DNA of 64,000 nucleotides from Escherichia coli (GTDB lineage Bacteria; Pseudomonadota; Gammaproteobacteria; Enterobacterales; Enterobacteriaceae): NCBI RefSeq assembly GCF_003018255.1, contig NZ_CP027440.1; one strand, 5' to 3'. Shown piece by piece: positions 37,394 to 48,017 of this stretch (position 1 is its first letter; each line of letters starts with the position of its first letter). The notes under the pieces were generated by a model. It saw only the letters and a program-made list of their open reading frames with translations, ran no database searches and was not told where the DNA came from. The position numbers and the translations under genes were made by a program.

Positions 37394-38869
37394 TTACTCC
37401 CTGTCTAACCGGCCAACCAGGGAAAGCTCAAAATTTGCCCCCATAAATTTAAAATGAGGCCTCACGCTTAGCGCAACCTGGTACCAGCCGGGTTCGCCTT
37501 CTACATCCATAACCTCAACTTTGGCAGCGCGCAGAGGTTTGCGGCTGCGCACGTCTGCAGGCGGGTTTTCCTGGTCGGCAACATACTGACGGATCCAGGT
37601 ATTAAGCTCTCTTTCTAAGTCGCTCCTTTCTTTCCATGACCCCAGTTGTTCACGCTGCAACACCTTGATGTAGTGCGCTAACCGATTGATGATGAAGAGA
37701 TAAGGAAGCTGCGTACCCAGCTTATAGTTGGTTTCTGCGTCTTTTCCCGGAAAGTGCTTCGGTTTTTGTACCGAGTTTGCAGAGAAAAAGGCTGCATTAT
37801 CAGAGTCTTTACGCATGGTAAGGGTGATAAAACCCTCTTCAGCCAGTTCAAATTCGCGGCGATCGGTGACCAGCACCTCGGTTGGGATTTTGGCCTGAAT
37901 CTGCCCCATCGTTTCGAACAGATGCACCGGCAGATCTTTCACTGCGCCGCCGCTTTGCGGACCGATAATGTTTGGACACCAGCGGTATTTGGCAAAACTG
38001 TCTGCGATATTGCATGCCAGCATCCAGGCCGTATTACCCCACAGATAATCTTCGTGGTTCTGGCTGACATCTTCGTAATAGTTAAAGTTCTTAACAGGGT
38101 TATCTGTTGGTGAATAGGGCTGGCGAAGCAGGAAGCGGGGTGCCGTAAGCCCTAAATAGCGCGAATCTTCCGAGTCACGCAGGGCGCGCCATTTGGTGTA
38201 GGCCGGACCTTCAAAGATGGCATAAAGATCTTTGATATTAGGCAGTTCGGTCCACGAGTTCAGCCCCATAAACTCCGGGGAAACGGAGGACAGGAACGGT
38301 GCGTGCGCCATTGCGCCCACGGCACTGACGTATTGCAGCAGTTTCATGTCAGGAGCGGTATTTTTGAACTCATAAGCGCCCAGCACGGCAGCGATGGGTT
38401 CACCACCAAACTGTCCGAATCCGGACGAATAAACGTGTTTATAAAATCCGGACTGAATAATTTCTGGGGCAAATTCAAAGTCTTCCAGAAGTTCCTGCTT
38501 CGTGACATGAAGCACGTTGACCTTGATGTTTTCACGGAAATCAACGCGATCCACCATGGTTTTCAGTGAGCGCCAGAACGACTCGACCTGCTGAAAGGCA
38601 GGCGCATGGATGATGACATCCATCTGGCGGCTGATGCGTTCATCTATATCTGCAATCATGCTGTCCACGGCCAGTTTATTGACCGGTTCGGCAGATGCAG
38701 TGGATTGCAGGATGCTGGCAATAAAGGCTGTCACACCCTGGCGGGCAACGTCATAACCTTCCGAACCAGGCTGAATACGGGTCTGTGCCATGATTTGATC
38801 AAGCAGCGACGACGCCTGATCAGTCTGCCCGGCATGACTGGAAACGAGTTCCTCTTCCTGTAAAGACAT
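37394..38869 (-). CDS. tssC: T6SS contractile sheath large subunit TssC (VipB)
   Basis: 491-aa ORF with conserved N-terminal helix (IADIDERISRQMDVIIHAPAFQQVESFWRSL) and sheath core motifs. Confidence 0.92.
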   Translation of the reverse strand: MSLQEEELVSSHAGQTDQASSLLDQIMAQTRIQPGSEGYDVARQGVTAFIASILQSTASAEPVNKLAVDSMIADIDERISRQMDVIIHAPAFQQVESFWRSLKTMVDRVDFRENIKVNVLHVTKQELLEDFEFAPEIIQSGFYKHVYSSGFGQFGGEPIAAVLGAYEFKNTAPDMKLLQYVSAVGAMAHAPFLSSVSPEFMGLNSWTELPNIKDLYAIFEGPAYTKWRALRDSEDSRYLGLTAPRFLLRQPYSPTDNPVKNFNYYEDVSQNHEDYLWGNTAWMLACNIADSFAKYRWCPNIIGPQSGGAVKDLPVHLFETMGQIQAKIPTEVLVTDRREFELAEEGFITLTMRKDSDNAAFFSANSVQKPKHFPGKDAETNYKLGTQLPYLFIINRLAHYIKVLQREQLGSWKERSDLERELNTWIRQYVADQENPPADVRSRKPLRAAKVEVMDVEGEPGWYQVALSVRPHFKFMGANFELSLVGRLDRE

Positions 38870-38937
38870 ACTGAAAATCCTTCTGTTTTAGCTGTGTTTC
38901 TGAAACCGGGTTTTCGCCGTCAGTGAAGTACGCGCCG

Positions 38938-39189
38938 TCAGTACGGCGCGCTCTGCTGAAACTCACAAAGATGGATAATCTCATCCAATAGATCACTGAT
39001 ACGGCGATCCAGTGTTGTAATCAGCGCATCCACGCCATCCCGGTTGATTTCACCGGACGGGCTGAAACATACCCGGTAAACCGCCTGCAAAATGTCTTCG
39101 TCAGAGAGGGGGTGTTTCCCGGAGATATTTTTGTGTGCCGCCATGTCTGGATAACCCTGTTTAATGAAATAGTGGTGGTTATTTCCCAC
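38938..39189 (-). CDS. Small ORF with similarity to the TssC N-terminal helix region; possible tssC 5' remnant or small paralogue (start uncertain, alternative ATG at 39144)
   Basis: 83-aa ORF in the 309-bp gap between tssB and tssC; GVDALITTLDRRISDLLDEIIHLCEFQQ aligns with TssC AVDSMIADIDERISRQMDVIIHAPAFQQ. Confidence 0.35.
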   Translation of the reverse strand: MGNNHHYFIKQGYPDMAAHKNISGKHPLSDEDILQAVYRVCFSPSGEINRDGVDALITTLDRRISDLLDEIIHLCEFQQSAPY

Positions 39190-39679
39190 TCACCTGGCCG
39201 ATTTCTTTAAGCAACTGCTCGCGGGACTCCTCATTTTCCAGCAATGCCTGGAGCTGGGTACGGAATGCCGGAAGGTTGCCCATCGGCCCCTTCAGCGCAG
39301 TCAGTGCTTCACGCAGTTCCAGCAATTTATTCACTTCCGGAACCTGCCGGGCCACGCTGTCCGGTGAAAAATCATCCAGTGACTTGATATTCAGCGCCAC
39401 ATTCAGTTCATCGTCCGTTGTGCTTCCCTTCAGCGTGGCGGGGACGGTAAAATTGAGGCCAATGGCTGCTTCAGCCATTACTGCACCGAAATTGTGCTTG
39501 TTAACGGAAACTGCCTGACGTTCATCCAGTGGGGATGTCTCCTGCGTATTTCCGGTATCGCCGACAACGAGCATGTTAAGCGGAAGCTCTACTTCAGCCG
39601 TCTGGCCGTCCGTCTTCGGGACATAGGATATATTTATACGCTCGCGAGGCGCGACGCTGCCTTCAAATTTTTTGCTCAT
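39179..39679 (-). CDS. tssB: T6SS contractile sheath small subunit TssB (VipA)
   Basis: 166-aa ORF (MSKKFEGSVAPRERINISYV...); first gene of the minus-strand T6SS operon. Confidence 0.9.
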   Translation of the reverse strand: MSKKFEGSVAPRERINISYVPKTDGQTAEVELPLNMLVVGDTGNTQETSPLDERQAVSVNKHNFGAVMAEAAIGLNFTVPATLKGSTTDDELNVALNIKSLDDFSPDSVARQVPEVNKLLELREALTALKGPMGNLPAFRTQLQALLENEESREQLLKEIGQVSGK

Positions 39680-40375
39680 AAAAGTGATCCGTCATGTTAT
39701 CTCGTACAGGCCATGAACACGGCATATTTGTACCGCAAAAAAATATCGGCAATGCCGCCCTAATGGCGGTGAAAATAAAATTACCACTCCTTCATCACCC
39801 CGCATTCTACACTTCAAAATAAATAAGAAAAGGACTTCTTATCGATCGTAAAGAGGGGTATTCTGCAAGCGTTAAATAGATTGTGTGAACCTGTGCAATT
39901 CGCGTCAGGTGTATTATGGCAATAATTTAAATATAGATCTTTTATGTAACTTATTGAATTATACAATAATTTAATTAAACATAAGCTAATCTGATGATTG
40001 CTTGTTTATATATTTGTTTTGTGATTGATTAAGTGGGTATTTTTAAGGAATATCTCAAAAATTATCAAAATGATAATTCAAAAAGGATAAATACAATATT
40101 TATTCATGATTCAGCTTTGGCCATTTTATGGAGGCAATTTGGACTTTGAACAGTTGGGTATGGTTATCCAGATATATATTATTAACTTATTGCTGAATAA
40201 GAGATTTAATGATTTTAAAAATAGTTTTTACGACAACCGTAAATTCTAGCTCGGTTTGTATGTAAAAAATACTGAAAAATGATGCGGTTCCGTGAAGAGA
40301 GCTGCATCTGCCTGTCTGGGATTAACGGCAGGTCATTGTAAGTAGTAATTAACCACGTTAACAAGGAGTTTACAA
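39680..40375. promoter_or_regulatory. AT-rich divergent promoter/regulatory region between tssB (minus) and hcp (plus)
   Basis: About 700 bp, strongly AT-rich with no convincing ORF; three GATC sites; weak Fur-box-like motif around 40062-40080 (core AATGATAAT). Confidence 0.4.
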
Positions 40376-40894
40376 ATGCCAACACCGTGTTATATCTCCA
40401 TCACTGGTCAGACCCAGGGAAATATTACTGCAGGTGCATTTACCGCTGATTCTGTCGGCAACATCTATGTGCAGGGGCACGAAGACGAGATGCTGGTGCA
40501 GGAATTCCTGCATAACGTTACTGTCCCGACCGATCCTCAGTCCGGCCAGCCTGCGGGTCAGCGTGCTCACAAGCCGTTCATTTTTACCGTGGCGCTGAAC
40601 AAAGCTGTTCCGCTGATGTACAACGCACTGGCCTCCGGCGAAATGCTGCCAACCACTGAACTTCACTGGTGGCGTACCTCTGTGGAAGGCAAACAGGAGC
40701 ATTATTTCACCACCCGCCTGACCGATTCGACGATTGTCGATATGAAACTGCATATGCCGCATTGCCAGGATCCAGCGAAACGCGAGTTCACCCAGTTGCT
40801 CGAAGTTTCACTGGCCTACCGCAAAATAGAGTGGGAACACGTCAAGTCTGGCACCTCCGGTGCCGACGACTGGCGCGCACCGCTGGAAGCATAA
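40376..40894 (+). CDS. hcp: T6SS inner tube protein Hcp (TssD)
   Basis: 172-aa ORF (MPTPCYISITGQTQGNITAGAF...) with strong RBS AAGGAG. Confidence 0.9.
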   Translation: MPTPCYISITGQTQGNITAGAFTADSVGNIYVQGHEDEMLVQEFLHNVTVPTDPQSGQPAGQRAHKPFIFTVALNKAVPLMYNALASGEMLPTTELHWWRTSVEGKQEHYFTTRLTDSTIVDMKLHMPHCQDPAKREFTQLLEVSLAYRKIEWEHVKSGTSGADDWRAPLEA

Positions 40895-40905
40895 GTTAAG
40901 CCAAC

Positions 40906-40938
40906 AGCATCCGGCTATCAGGCCGGATGCTGTTTTTG
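40906..40938 (+). terminator. Putative rho-independent terminator/attenuator between hcp and vgrG
   Basis: agcatccggc-tatcag-gccggatgct hairpin followed by a T-run directly after the hcp stop. Confidence 0.5.
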
Positions 40939-41103
40939 TATTACGCCGTAAAAAGAAAGGTTGTCAGTAAGGGATTACGTTCACGGGAGATGGCGGATGC
41001 CGGAAACTTCGGCGGTAGCGTGCCTGAACGCAAGCGTAACACTGTACTGTTACAGCCGCTTTAACAGCGAACTGTCTGTTTTTCCTTAAACCCGGAGGTT
41101 GCT

Positions 41104-43212
41104 ATGTCAACCGGATTACGTTTCACGCTGGAAGTGGACGGTCTGCCACCGGACGCGTTTGCGGTGGTCTCCTTTCATCTGAACCAGTCACTCTCTTCGC
41201 TCTTTTCCCTCGATCTCTCTCTGGTCAGCCAGCAGTTTCTCTCCCTTGAATTTGCGCAGGTGCTGGACAAAATGGCCTACCTGACGGTATGGCAGGGCGA
41301 TGACGTACAGCGCCGGGTGAAAGGTGTGGTGACCTGGTTTGAACTGGGGGAGAACGACAAAAACCAGATGCTGTACAGCATGAAGGTGTGCCCACCGCTG
41401 TGGCGCACAGGGCTGCGCCAGAACTTCCGTATCTTCCAGAATGAGGACATCGAAAGCATACTCGCGACGATCCTGAAAGAAAACGGGGTGACCGAGTGGA
41501 GTCCGCTGTTCAGCGAGCCGCATCCTTCCCGTGAGTTTTGTGTCCAGTACGGCGAAACCGATTACGATTTCCTGTGCCGGATGGCGGCGGAGGAAGGCAT
41601 CTTCTTTTATGAGGAGCACGCGCAAAAAAGTACCGACCAGAGCCTGGTCCTGTGCGACACCGTGCGTTATCTGCCGGAGTCCTTTGAGATCCCCTGGAAT
41701 CCGAACACCCGTACCGAGGTGAGCACCCTATGCATCAGCCAGTTCCGCTACAGCGCACAAATCCGCCCATCTTCCGTGGTGACCAAAGACTACACCTTTA
41801 AACGACCCGGCTGGGCAGGGCGTTTTGATCAGGAAGGCCAGCACCAGGATTACCAGCGCACACAGTATGAAGTGTATGACTACCCCGGACGTTTCAAGGG
41901 TGCCCACGGGCAGAACTTTGCCCGCTGGCAGATGGATGGCTGGCGAAACAACGCAGAAGTGGCGCGCGGAACAAGCCGTTCGCCGGAGATATGGCCGGGA
42001 CGGCGAATTGCGCTGACGGGGCATCCGCAGGCGAACCTGAACCGGGAATGGCAGGTGGTGGCAAGTGAACTGCACGGCGAGCAGCCGCAGGCGGTGCCGG
42101 GACGCAGGGGTTCAGGTACCACGCTGAATAACCACTTTGCGGTAATACCGGCAGACAGAACATGGCGGCCACAGCCGTTGCTGAAACCGCTGGTGGACGG
42201 CCCGCAGAGCGCCGTCGTGACGGGACCGGCAGGAGAAGAAATCTTCTGTGATGAACATGGCCGCGTGCGGGTGAAATTTAACTGGGACCGCTATAACCCG
42301 TCAAACCAGGACAGTTCATGCTGGATCCGTGTGGCACAGGCGTGGGCAGGCACCGGCTTTGGCAACCTGGCGATACCGCGTGTGGGTCAGGAAGTCATTG
42401 TGGACTTCCTCAACGGCGATCCGGACCAGCCGATTATTATGGGGCGTACCTACCACCAGGAAAACCGCACCCCCGGCAGCCTGCCGGGAACAAAGACGCA
42501 GATGACCATTCGTTCGAAAACCTATAAGGGCAGCGGGTTTAATGAACTGAAGTTTGACGATGCGACAGGGAAAGAACAGGTCTACATCCACGCGCAAAAG
42601 AACATGAACACCGAGGTGCTGAATAACCGGACCACGGATGTGATAAACAACCATGCTGAGACCATCGGCAACAATCAGGTGATTGCGGTTACCAACAATC
42701 AGATACAGACGGTGGGCGTTAACCAGATAGAGACGGTGGGCAGTAACCAGATCATTAAAGTGGGCTCTGTTCAGGTGGAAACGATTGGACTTGTTCGTGC
42801 GCTGACCGTGGGCGTGGCGTATCAGACGACGGTAGGTGGCATTATGAACACCTCGGTGGCCCTGATGCAGTCCTCGCAGATCGGTTTGCATAAATCGTTG
42901 ATGGTCGGGCTGGGTTATGACGTCAAAGTCGGAAATAACGTTACCTTCACCGTTGGTAAAACGAAAAAGGATGATACCGGACAGACCGCGATTTACTCCG
43001 CCGGTGAGCATCTGGAACTCTGCTGTGGTAAGGCAAGGCTGGTGCTGACTAAGGACGGACAAATTTTTCTCAACGGCACAAAAATTCATTTGCAGGGTAA
43101 GGAGCAGGTTAATGGTGACTCACTGTTGATTAACTGGAACTGTGCAGCCTCGAAATCCCCACCGAAGACCCCTGATGAAAAGCAGGATACGCCGGATATG
43201 AGAGAGTACTGA
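41104..43212 (+). CDS. vgrG: T6SS spike protein VgrG (TssI)
   Basis: 702-aa ORF with gp27/gp5-like VgrG N-terminal and core regions and a C-terminal beta-helix repeat region (VINNHAETIGNNQVIAVTNNQIQTVGVNQIETVGSNQ). Confidence 0.92.
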   Translation: MSTGLRFTLEVDGLPPDAFAVVSFHLNQSLSSLFSLDLSLVSQQFLSLEFAQVLDKMAYLTVWQGDDVQRRVKGVVTWFELGENDKNQMLYSMKVCPPLWRTGLRQNFRIFQNEDIESILATILKENGVTEWSPLFSEPHPSREFCVQYGETDYDFLCRMAAEEGIFFYEEHAQKSTDQSLVLCDTVRYLPESFEIPWNPNTRTEVSTLCISQFRYSAQIRPSSVVTKDYTFKRPGWAGRFDQEGQHQDYQRTQYEVYDYPGRFKGAHGQNFARWQMDGWRNNAEVARGTSRSPEIWPGRRIALTGHPQANLNREWQVVASELHGEQPQAVPGRRGSGTTLNNHFAVIPADRTWRPQPLLKPLVDGPQSAVVTGPAGEEIFCDEHGRVRVKFNWDRYNPSNQDSSCWIRVAQAWAGTGFGNLAIPRVGQEVIVDFLNGDPDQPIIMGRTYHQENRTPGSLPGTKTQMTIRSKTYKGSGFNELKFDDATGKEQVYIHAQKNMNTEVLNNRTTDVINNHAETIGNNQVIAVTNNQIQTVGVNQIETVGSNQIIKVGSVQVETIGLVRALTVGVAYQTTVGGIMNTSVALMQSSQIGLHKSLMVGLGYDVKVGNNVTFTVGKTKKDDTGQTAIYSAGEHLELCCGKARLVLTKDGQIFLNGTKIHLQGKEQVNGDSLLINWNCAASKSPPKTPDEKQDTPDMREY

Positions 43213-43278
43213 TCCCGTACCTGTTCGGTATTCAGTAACAAACAAGCATTAAAAATAAACAGAAGAAGGAATTGAATC

Positions 43279-46200
43279 ATGAGCGGAAAACCAGCGGCGC
43301 GTCAGGGAGATATGACTCAGTATGGCGGTCCCATTGTCCAGGGTTCGGCAGGTGTAAGAATTGGCGCGCCCACCGGCGTGGCGTGCTCGGTGTGTCCGGG
43401 CGGGATGACTTCGGGCAACCCGGTAAATCCGCTGCTGGGGGCGAAGGTGCTGCCCGGCGAGACGGACCTTGCGCTGCCCGGCCCGCTGCCGTTCATTCTC
43501 TCCCGCACCTACAGCAGCTACCGGACGAAGACGCCTGCGCCGGTGGGGATTTTTGGCCCCGGCTGGAAAGCGCCTTCTGATATCCGCTTACAGATACGCG
43601 ATGATGCACTGGTACTCAACGACAACGGCGGACGGAGCATTCACTTTGAGCCGCTGCTGCCGGGTGAGGCGGTGTACAGCCGCAGCGAGTCAATGTGGCT
43701 GGTGCGCGGTGGTAAGGCAGCGCAGCCGGACGGCCACACGCTGGGGCGGCTGTGGGGGGCGCTGCCGCCGGATATCCGGTTAAGCCCGCATCTTTACCTG
43801 GCGACCAGCAGCGCACAGGGACCGTGGTGGATACTGGGGTGGTCAGAGCGGGTGCCGGGTGCTGAGGACGTACTGCCAGCGCCGCTGCCGCCGTACCGGG
43901 TGCTGACGGGGCTGGCGGACCGCTTCGGGCGGACGCTGACGTACCGGCGTGAGGCCGCCGGCGACCTGGCCGGGGAAATCACCGGCGTGACGGACGGTGC
44001 CGGGCGTGAGTTCCGTCTGGTGCTGACCACGCAGGCGCAGCGTGCGGAAGAGGCCCGCACCTCTTCGCTATCTTCTTCTGACCGTCCCCGCCCTCTCTCA
44101 GTCTCAGCGTTCCCCGACACACTGCCCGGTACCGAATACGGCCCCGACAGGGGTATCCGCCTTTCGGCGGTGTGGCTGATGCACGACCCGGCATACCCGG
44201 AGAGCCTGCCCGGTGCGCCACTGGTGCGGTACACGTATACGGAAGCCGGTGAACTGCTGGCGGTATATGACCGCAGCAATACGCAGGTGCGCGCTTTCAC
44301 GTATGACGCGCAGCACCCGGGCCGGATGGTGGCGCACCGTTACGCGGGAAGGCCGGAGATGCGCTACCGCTACGACGATGCGGGGCGGGTGGTGGAGCAG
44401 CTGAACCCGGCAGGCCTGAGTTACCGCTACCAGTATGAGCAGGACCGCATCACCGTCACCGACAGCCTGAACCGGCGTGAGGTGCTGCATACAGAAGGCG
44501 GGGCCGGGCTGAAGCGGGTGGTGAAAAAAGAACTGGCGGACGGCAGCGTCACGCACAGCGGGTATGACGCGGCAGGAAGGCTCACGGCACAGACGGACGC
44601 GGCGGGACGGCGGACAGAGTACGGCCTGAATGTGGTGTCCGGCGATATCACGGATATCACCACGCCGGACGGGCGGGAGACGAAATTTTACTATAACGAC
44701 GGGAACCAGTTAACGGCGGTGGTGTACCCGGACGGGCTGGAGAGCAGCCGGGCATATGATGAGCTGGACAGACTGGTATCGGAGACATCGCGCAGCGGGG
44801 AGACAGTACGCTACCGCTACGATGACGTGCACAGTGAGTTACCGGCGACGACAACGGATGCGACGGGCAGCACCCGGCAGATGACCTGGAGCCGCTACGG
44901 GCAGTTGCTGGCCTTCACCGACTGCTCGGGCTACCAGACCCGCTATGAATACGACCGCTTCGGCCAGATGACGGCGGTCCACCGTGAGGAAGGTGTCAGT
45001 CTTTACCGCCGCTATGACAGCCGTGGTCAGTTAATCTCGGTGAAAGACGCACAGGGCCGTGAAACGCGGTATGAATACAACGCCGCAGGCGACCTGACTG
45101 CCGTTATCACCCCGGACGGCAACCGGAGCGAGACACAGTACGATGCGTGGGGAAAGGCGGTCAGCACCACGCAGGGCGGGCTGACGCGCAGTATGGAGTA
45201 CGATGCTGCCGGACGTGTCATCAGCCTGACCAACGAGAACGGCAGTCACAGCGACTTCAGCTACGATGCGCTGGACCGCCTGGTACAGCAGGGCGGCTTT
45301 GACGGGCGGACGCAACGTTATCATTATGACCTGACCGGAAAACTCACGCAGAGTGAAGATGAGGGGCTTGTCATCCTCTGGTACTACGATGAATCGGACC
45401 GTATCACTCACCGCACGGTGAACGGCGAACCGGCAGAGCAGTGGCAGTATGATGGCCACGGCTGGCTGAGAGAAATCAGCCACCTGAGCGAAGGCCACCG
45501 TGTTGCCGTCCACTATGGCTATGACGATAAGGGCCGTCTGACCGGGGAGCGCCAGACGGTGGAGAACCCGGAGACGGGGGAACTGCTGTGGCAGCATGAG
45601 ACGAAACAGGCATACAACGAACAGGGGCTGACAAACCGCGTCACGCCGGACAGCCTGCCGCCGGTGGAGTGGCTGACCTATGGCAGCGGTTATCTGGCGG
45701 GCATGAAGCTGGGCGGGACGCCGCTGCTGGAGTACATGCGGGACAGACTGCACCGGGAGACGGTGCGCAGCTTCGGCAGCATGGCAGGCAATACAGCCGC
45801 ATATGAACTGACCAGCACTTACACCCCCGCAGGCCAGTTACAGAGCCGGCACCTGAACAGCCTGGTGTTTGATTGTGACTATAACTGGAATGACAACGGC
45901 GACCTGATGCGCATCAGCGGCCCGCGACAGACGCGGGAATACGGCTACAGTGCCACGGGCAGGCTGGCGAGCGTGCGCACGACCACATCAGACCTGGATA
46001 TCCGCATCCCGTATGCCACCGACCCGGCGGGAAACCGCCTGCCGGACCCGGAGCTGCACCCGGACAGTACACTCACAGTGTGGCCGGATAACCGCATCGC
46101 GGAGGATGCGCACTATGTCTACCGCCACGATGAATACGGCAGGCTGACGGAGAAGACGGACCGCATCCCGGCGGGTGTGATACGGACGGACGACGAGCGG

Positions 46201-47487
46201 ACCCACCACTACCACTACGACAGCCAGCACCGCCTGGTGTTCCACACGCGGATACAGCATGGCGAGCCACTGGTCGAGAGCCGCTACCTCTACGACCCGC
46301 TGGGACGGCGAATGGCGAAACGGGTATGGCGGCGGGAGCGTGACCTGACGGGGTGGATGTCGCTGTCGCGTAAACCGGAGGTGACGTGGTACGGCTGGGA
46401 CGGCGACCACCTGACGACGGTGCAGACCGACACCACGCGTATCCAGACGGTATACGAGCCGGGAAGCTTCACACCGCTCATCCGCATCGAAACAGACAAC
46501 GGCGAGCGGGAGAAAACGCAGCGGCGGAGCCTGGCGGAGAAGCTGCAGCAGGAAGGAAGCGAGGACGGCCACGGTGTGGTGTTCCCGGCAGAACTTGTGA
46601 GGATGCTGGACAGGCTGGAGGGGGAAATCCGGGCAGACCGCGTGAGCAGTGAAAGCTGCCAGTGGCTGGCACAGTGCGGGCTGACGGTGGAGCGGCTGGC
46701 GGCACAGATAGAGCCGGTTTATTTACCTGAGCGAAAAATTCATCTTTATCACTGTGACCACCGGGGGCTGCCGCTGGCGCTCATCAGTACCGAAGGAGCA
46801 ACGGAATGGCGTGGGGAATATGATGAATGGGGCAACCTGCTGAATGAGGAGAACCCGCATCACCTGCACCAGCCATACCGTCTGCCGGGGCAGCAGCATG
46901 ATGAGGAATCAGGACTGTACTATAACCGGAACCGGTACTATGACCCGCTACAGGGGAGGTATATTACACAAGACCCCATTGGGCTGGAGGGGGGATGGAA
47001 CCTGTATAATTACCCACTGAATCCGATAATAAGGATGGATCCTTTGGGTTTGTATAATTTATATCAATTATTATATGATGTTTGGCATGATGATTCATAT
47101 GGAACATCATCAATTGATATTACTGGCAGTGGAGATCTAATATCATTAGGTGGTCATGCAGGACTTGGCGTTGCGTTTGCTAAAAAGAAAGGTGAAATGT
47201 TATCTGATATTTGTATTTATGCTACAGCATGTGGACATGCAGGAATTGGTGGTGGGATAAATGCGGCTATCACATATTCTGAGACCAAGTCTTTACCTAC
47301 ATCGGGAGTCAGTAATTCAGTAGGTGTAACGGTTGGCGGCGGAGTTGGGGGGCATTTTGCGTATACTTATGTAGTGGATGTTGATAATCCAGAATCATCG
47401 ACAGAATCTGTTGGTATCGGTGCAGGTGTTGACGCTTCAGTTATGACTCTGGCTTGTAGAACGTGGCAAGAATGCTGGGTCAATTAA
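43279..47487 (+). CDS. rhs: Rhs-family polymorphic toxin with PAAR-like N-terminus, RHS/YD-repeat shell and a variable Gly-rich C-terminal toxin domain
   Basis: 1402-aa ORF; N-terminus [42 protein letters not shown]; many YD repeats; core ends at DPIGL...DPLGL (about 46970-47050) followed by an AT-rich ~145-aa C-terminal domain. Confidence 0.9.
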   Translation: MSGKPAARQGDMTQYGGPIVQGSAGVRIGAPTGVACSVCPGGMTSGNPVNPLLGAKVLPGETDLALPGPLPFILSRTYSSYRTKTPAPVGIFGPGWKAPSDIRLQIRDDALVLNDNGGRSIHFEPLLPGEAVYSRSESMWLVRGGKAAQPDGHTLGRLWGALPPDIRLSPHLYLATSSAQGPWWILGWSERVPGAEDVLPAPLPPYRVLTGLADRFGRTLTYRREAAGDLAGEITGVTDGAGREFRLVLTTQAQRAEEARTSSLSSSDRPRPLSVSAFPDTLPGTEYGPDRGIRLSAVWLMHDPAYPESLPGAPLVRYTYTEAGELLAVYDRSNTQVRAFTYDAQHPGRMVAHRYAGRPEMRYRYDDAGRVVEQLNPAGLSYRYQYEQDRITVTDSLNRREVLHTEGGAGLKRVVKKELADGSVTHSGYDAAGRLTAQTDAAGRRTEYGLNVVSGDITDITTPDGRETKFYYNDGNQLTAVVYPDGLESSRAYDELDRLVSETSRSGETVRYRYDDVHSELPATTTDATGSTRQMTWSRYGQLLAFTDCSGYQTRYEYDRFGQMTAVHREEGVSLYRRYDSRGQLISVKDAQGRETRYEYNAAGDLTAVITPDGNRSETQYDAWGKAVSTTQGGLTRSMEYDAAGRVISLTNENGSHSDFSYDALDRLVQQGGFDGRTQRYHYDLTGKLTQSEDEGLVILWYYDESDRITHRTVNGEPAEQWQYDGHGWLREISHLSEGHRVAVHYGYDDKGRLTGERQTVENPETGELLWQHETKQAYNEQGLTNRVTPDSLPPVEWLTYGSGYLAGMKLGGTPLLEYMRDRLHRETVRSFGSMAGNTAAYELTSTYTPAGQLQSRHLNSLVFDCDYNWNDNGDLMRISGPRQTREYGYSATGRLASVRTTTSDLDIRIPYATDPAGNRLPDPELHPDSTLTVWPDNRIAEDAHYVYRHDEYGRLTEKTDRIPAGVIRTDDERTHHYHYDSQHRLVFHTRIQHGEPLVESRYLYDPLGRRMAKRVWRRERDLTGWMSLSRKPEVTWYGWDGDHLTTVQTDTTRIQTVYEPGSFTPLIRIETDNGEREKTQRRSLAEKLQQEGSEDGHGVVFPAELVRMLDRLEGEIRADRVSSESCQWLAQCGLTVERLAAQIEPVYLPERKIHLYHCDHRGLPLALISTEGATEWRGEYDEWGNLLNEENPHHLHQPYRLPGQQHDEESGLYYNRNRYYDPLQGRYITQDPIGLEGGWNLYNYPLNPIIRMDPLGLYNLYQLLYDVWHDDSYGTSSIDITGSGDLISLGGHAGLGVAFAKKKGEMLSDICIYATACGHAGIGGGINAAITYSETKSLPTSGVSNSVGVTVGGGVGGHFAYTYVVDVDNPESSTESVGIGAGVDASVMTLACRTWQECWVN

Positions 47488-47498
47488 CAGGAGGAAAT

Positions 47499-47894
47499 AT
47501 GAAAAAATATATATTTTTAGTTTTATTTTTATTGTGTGGTTGTTCTCCAGTGGACATAGAGCCAGCTAGACAAGAAGTTAATATCTTTCGTGGTTTATAT
47601 CAGATAGGGAAATACAGTGATATATATAAAATCACTTCAAGTGATTTTCAGACTGCCACATCTGAAAAAAAATTTATCGACATAATGAACGAAGCAAAAG
47701 AAAAAGATCTTGGGACTTATAAAAAATCAACCCTTAAAACTGAAAAAATCACTCGCGGATTATTTTCAAACGATGAAATTACATTGATATATTTCTCAGA
47801 ATATTCAAAAAGAATTGTCCAAGAGGTTTTTGTGTTTAATGTTGAAGACAAAAAAGTAAAATTAAAAGGTTATAGGTATGATTCGATTAATTAA
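47499..47894 (+). CDS. Putative Rhs immunity lipoprotein (cognate to the rhs C-terminal toxin domain)
   Basis: ATG 47499 preceded by AGGAGG, overlapping the rhs 3' end; MKKYIFLVLFLLCGCS signal peptide with lipobox; AT-rich. Confidence 0.6.
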   Translation: MKKYIFLVLFLLCGCSPVDIEPARQEVNIFRGLYQIGKYSDIYKITSSDFQTATSEKKFIDIMNEAKEKDLGTYKKSTLKTEKITRGLFSNDEITLIYFSEYSKRIVQEVFVFNVEDKKVKLKGYRYDSIN

Positions 47895-48017
47895 ATTTTT
47901 TGATGATGACTTCAATTAGTAGAACATGTATTTTTCGATAAAAGCACCGATGACTTTTTCATGAAGTTCTACAGAGCGCGAGAAACAGATGGTTCTGCGA
48001 GTCAGACGTTTGATTCC

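Noticed and set aside
43794-46705. Long antisense and alternative-frame ORFs inside the rhs gene (for example 45031-45753, 45988-46572, 43794-44300)
   Set aside because: These are GC-rich open frames of the kind seen inside repeat-rich rhs cores; the 1402-aa plus-strand frame with YD repeats explains the region.
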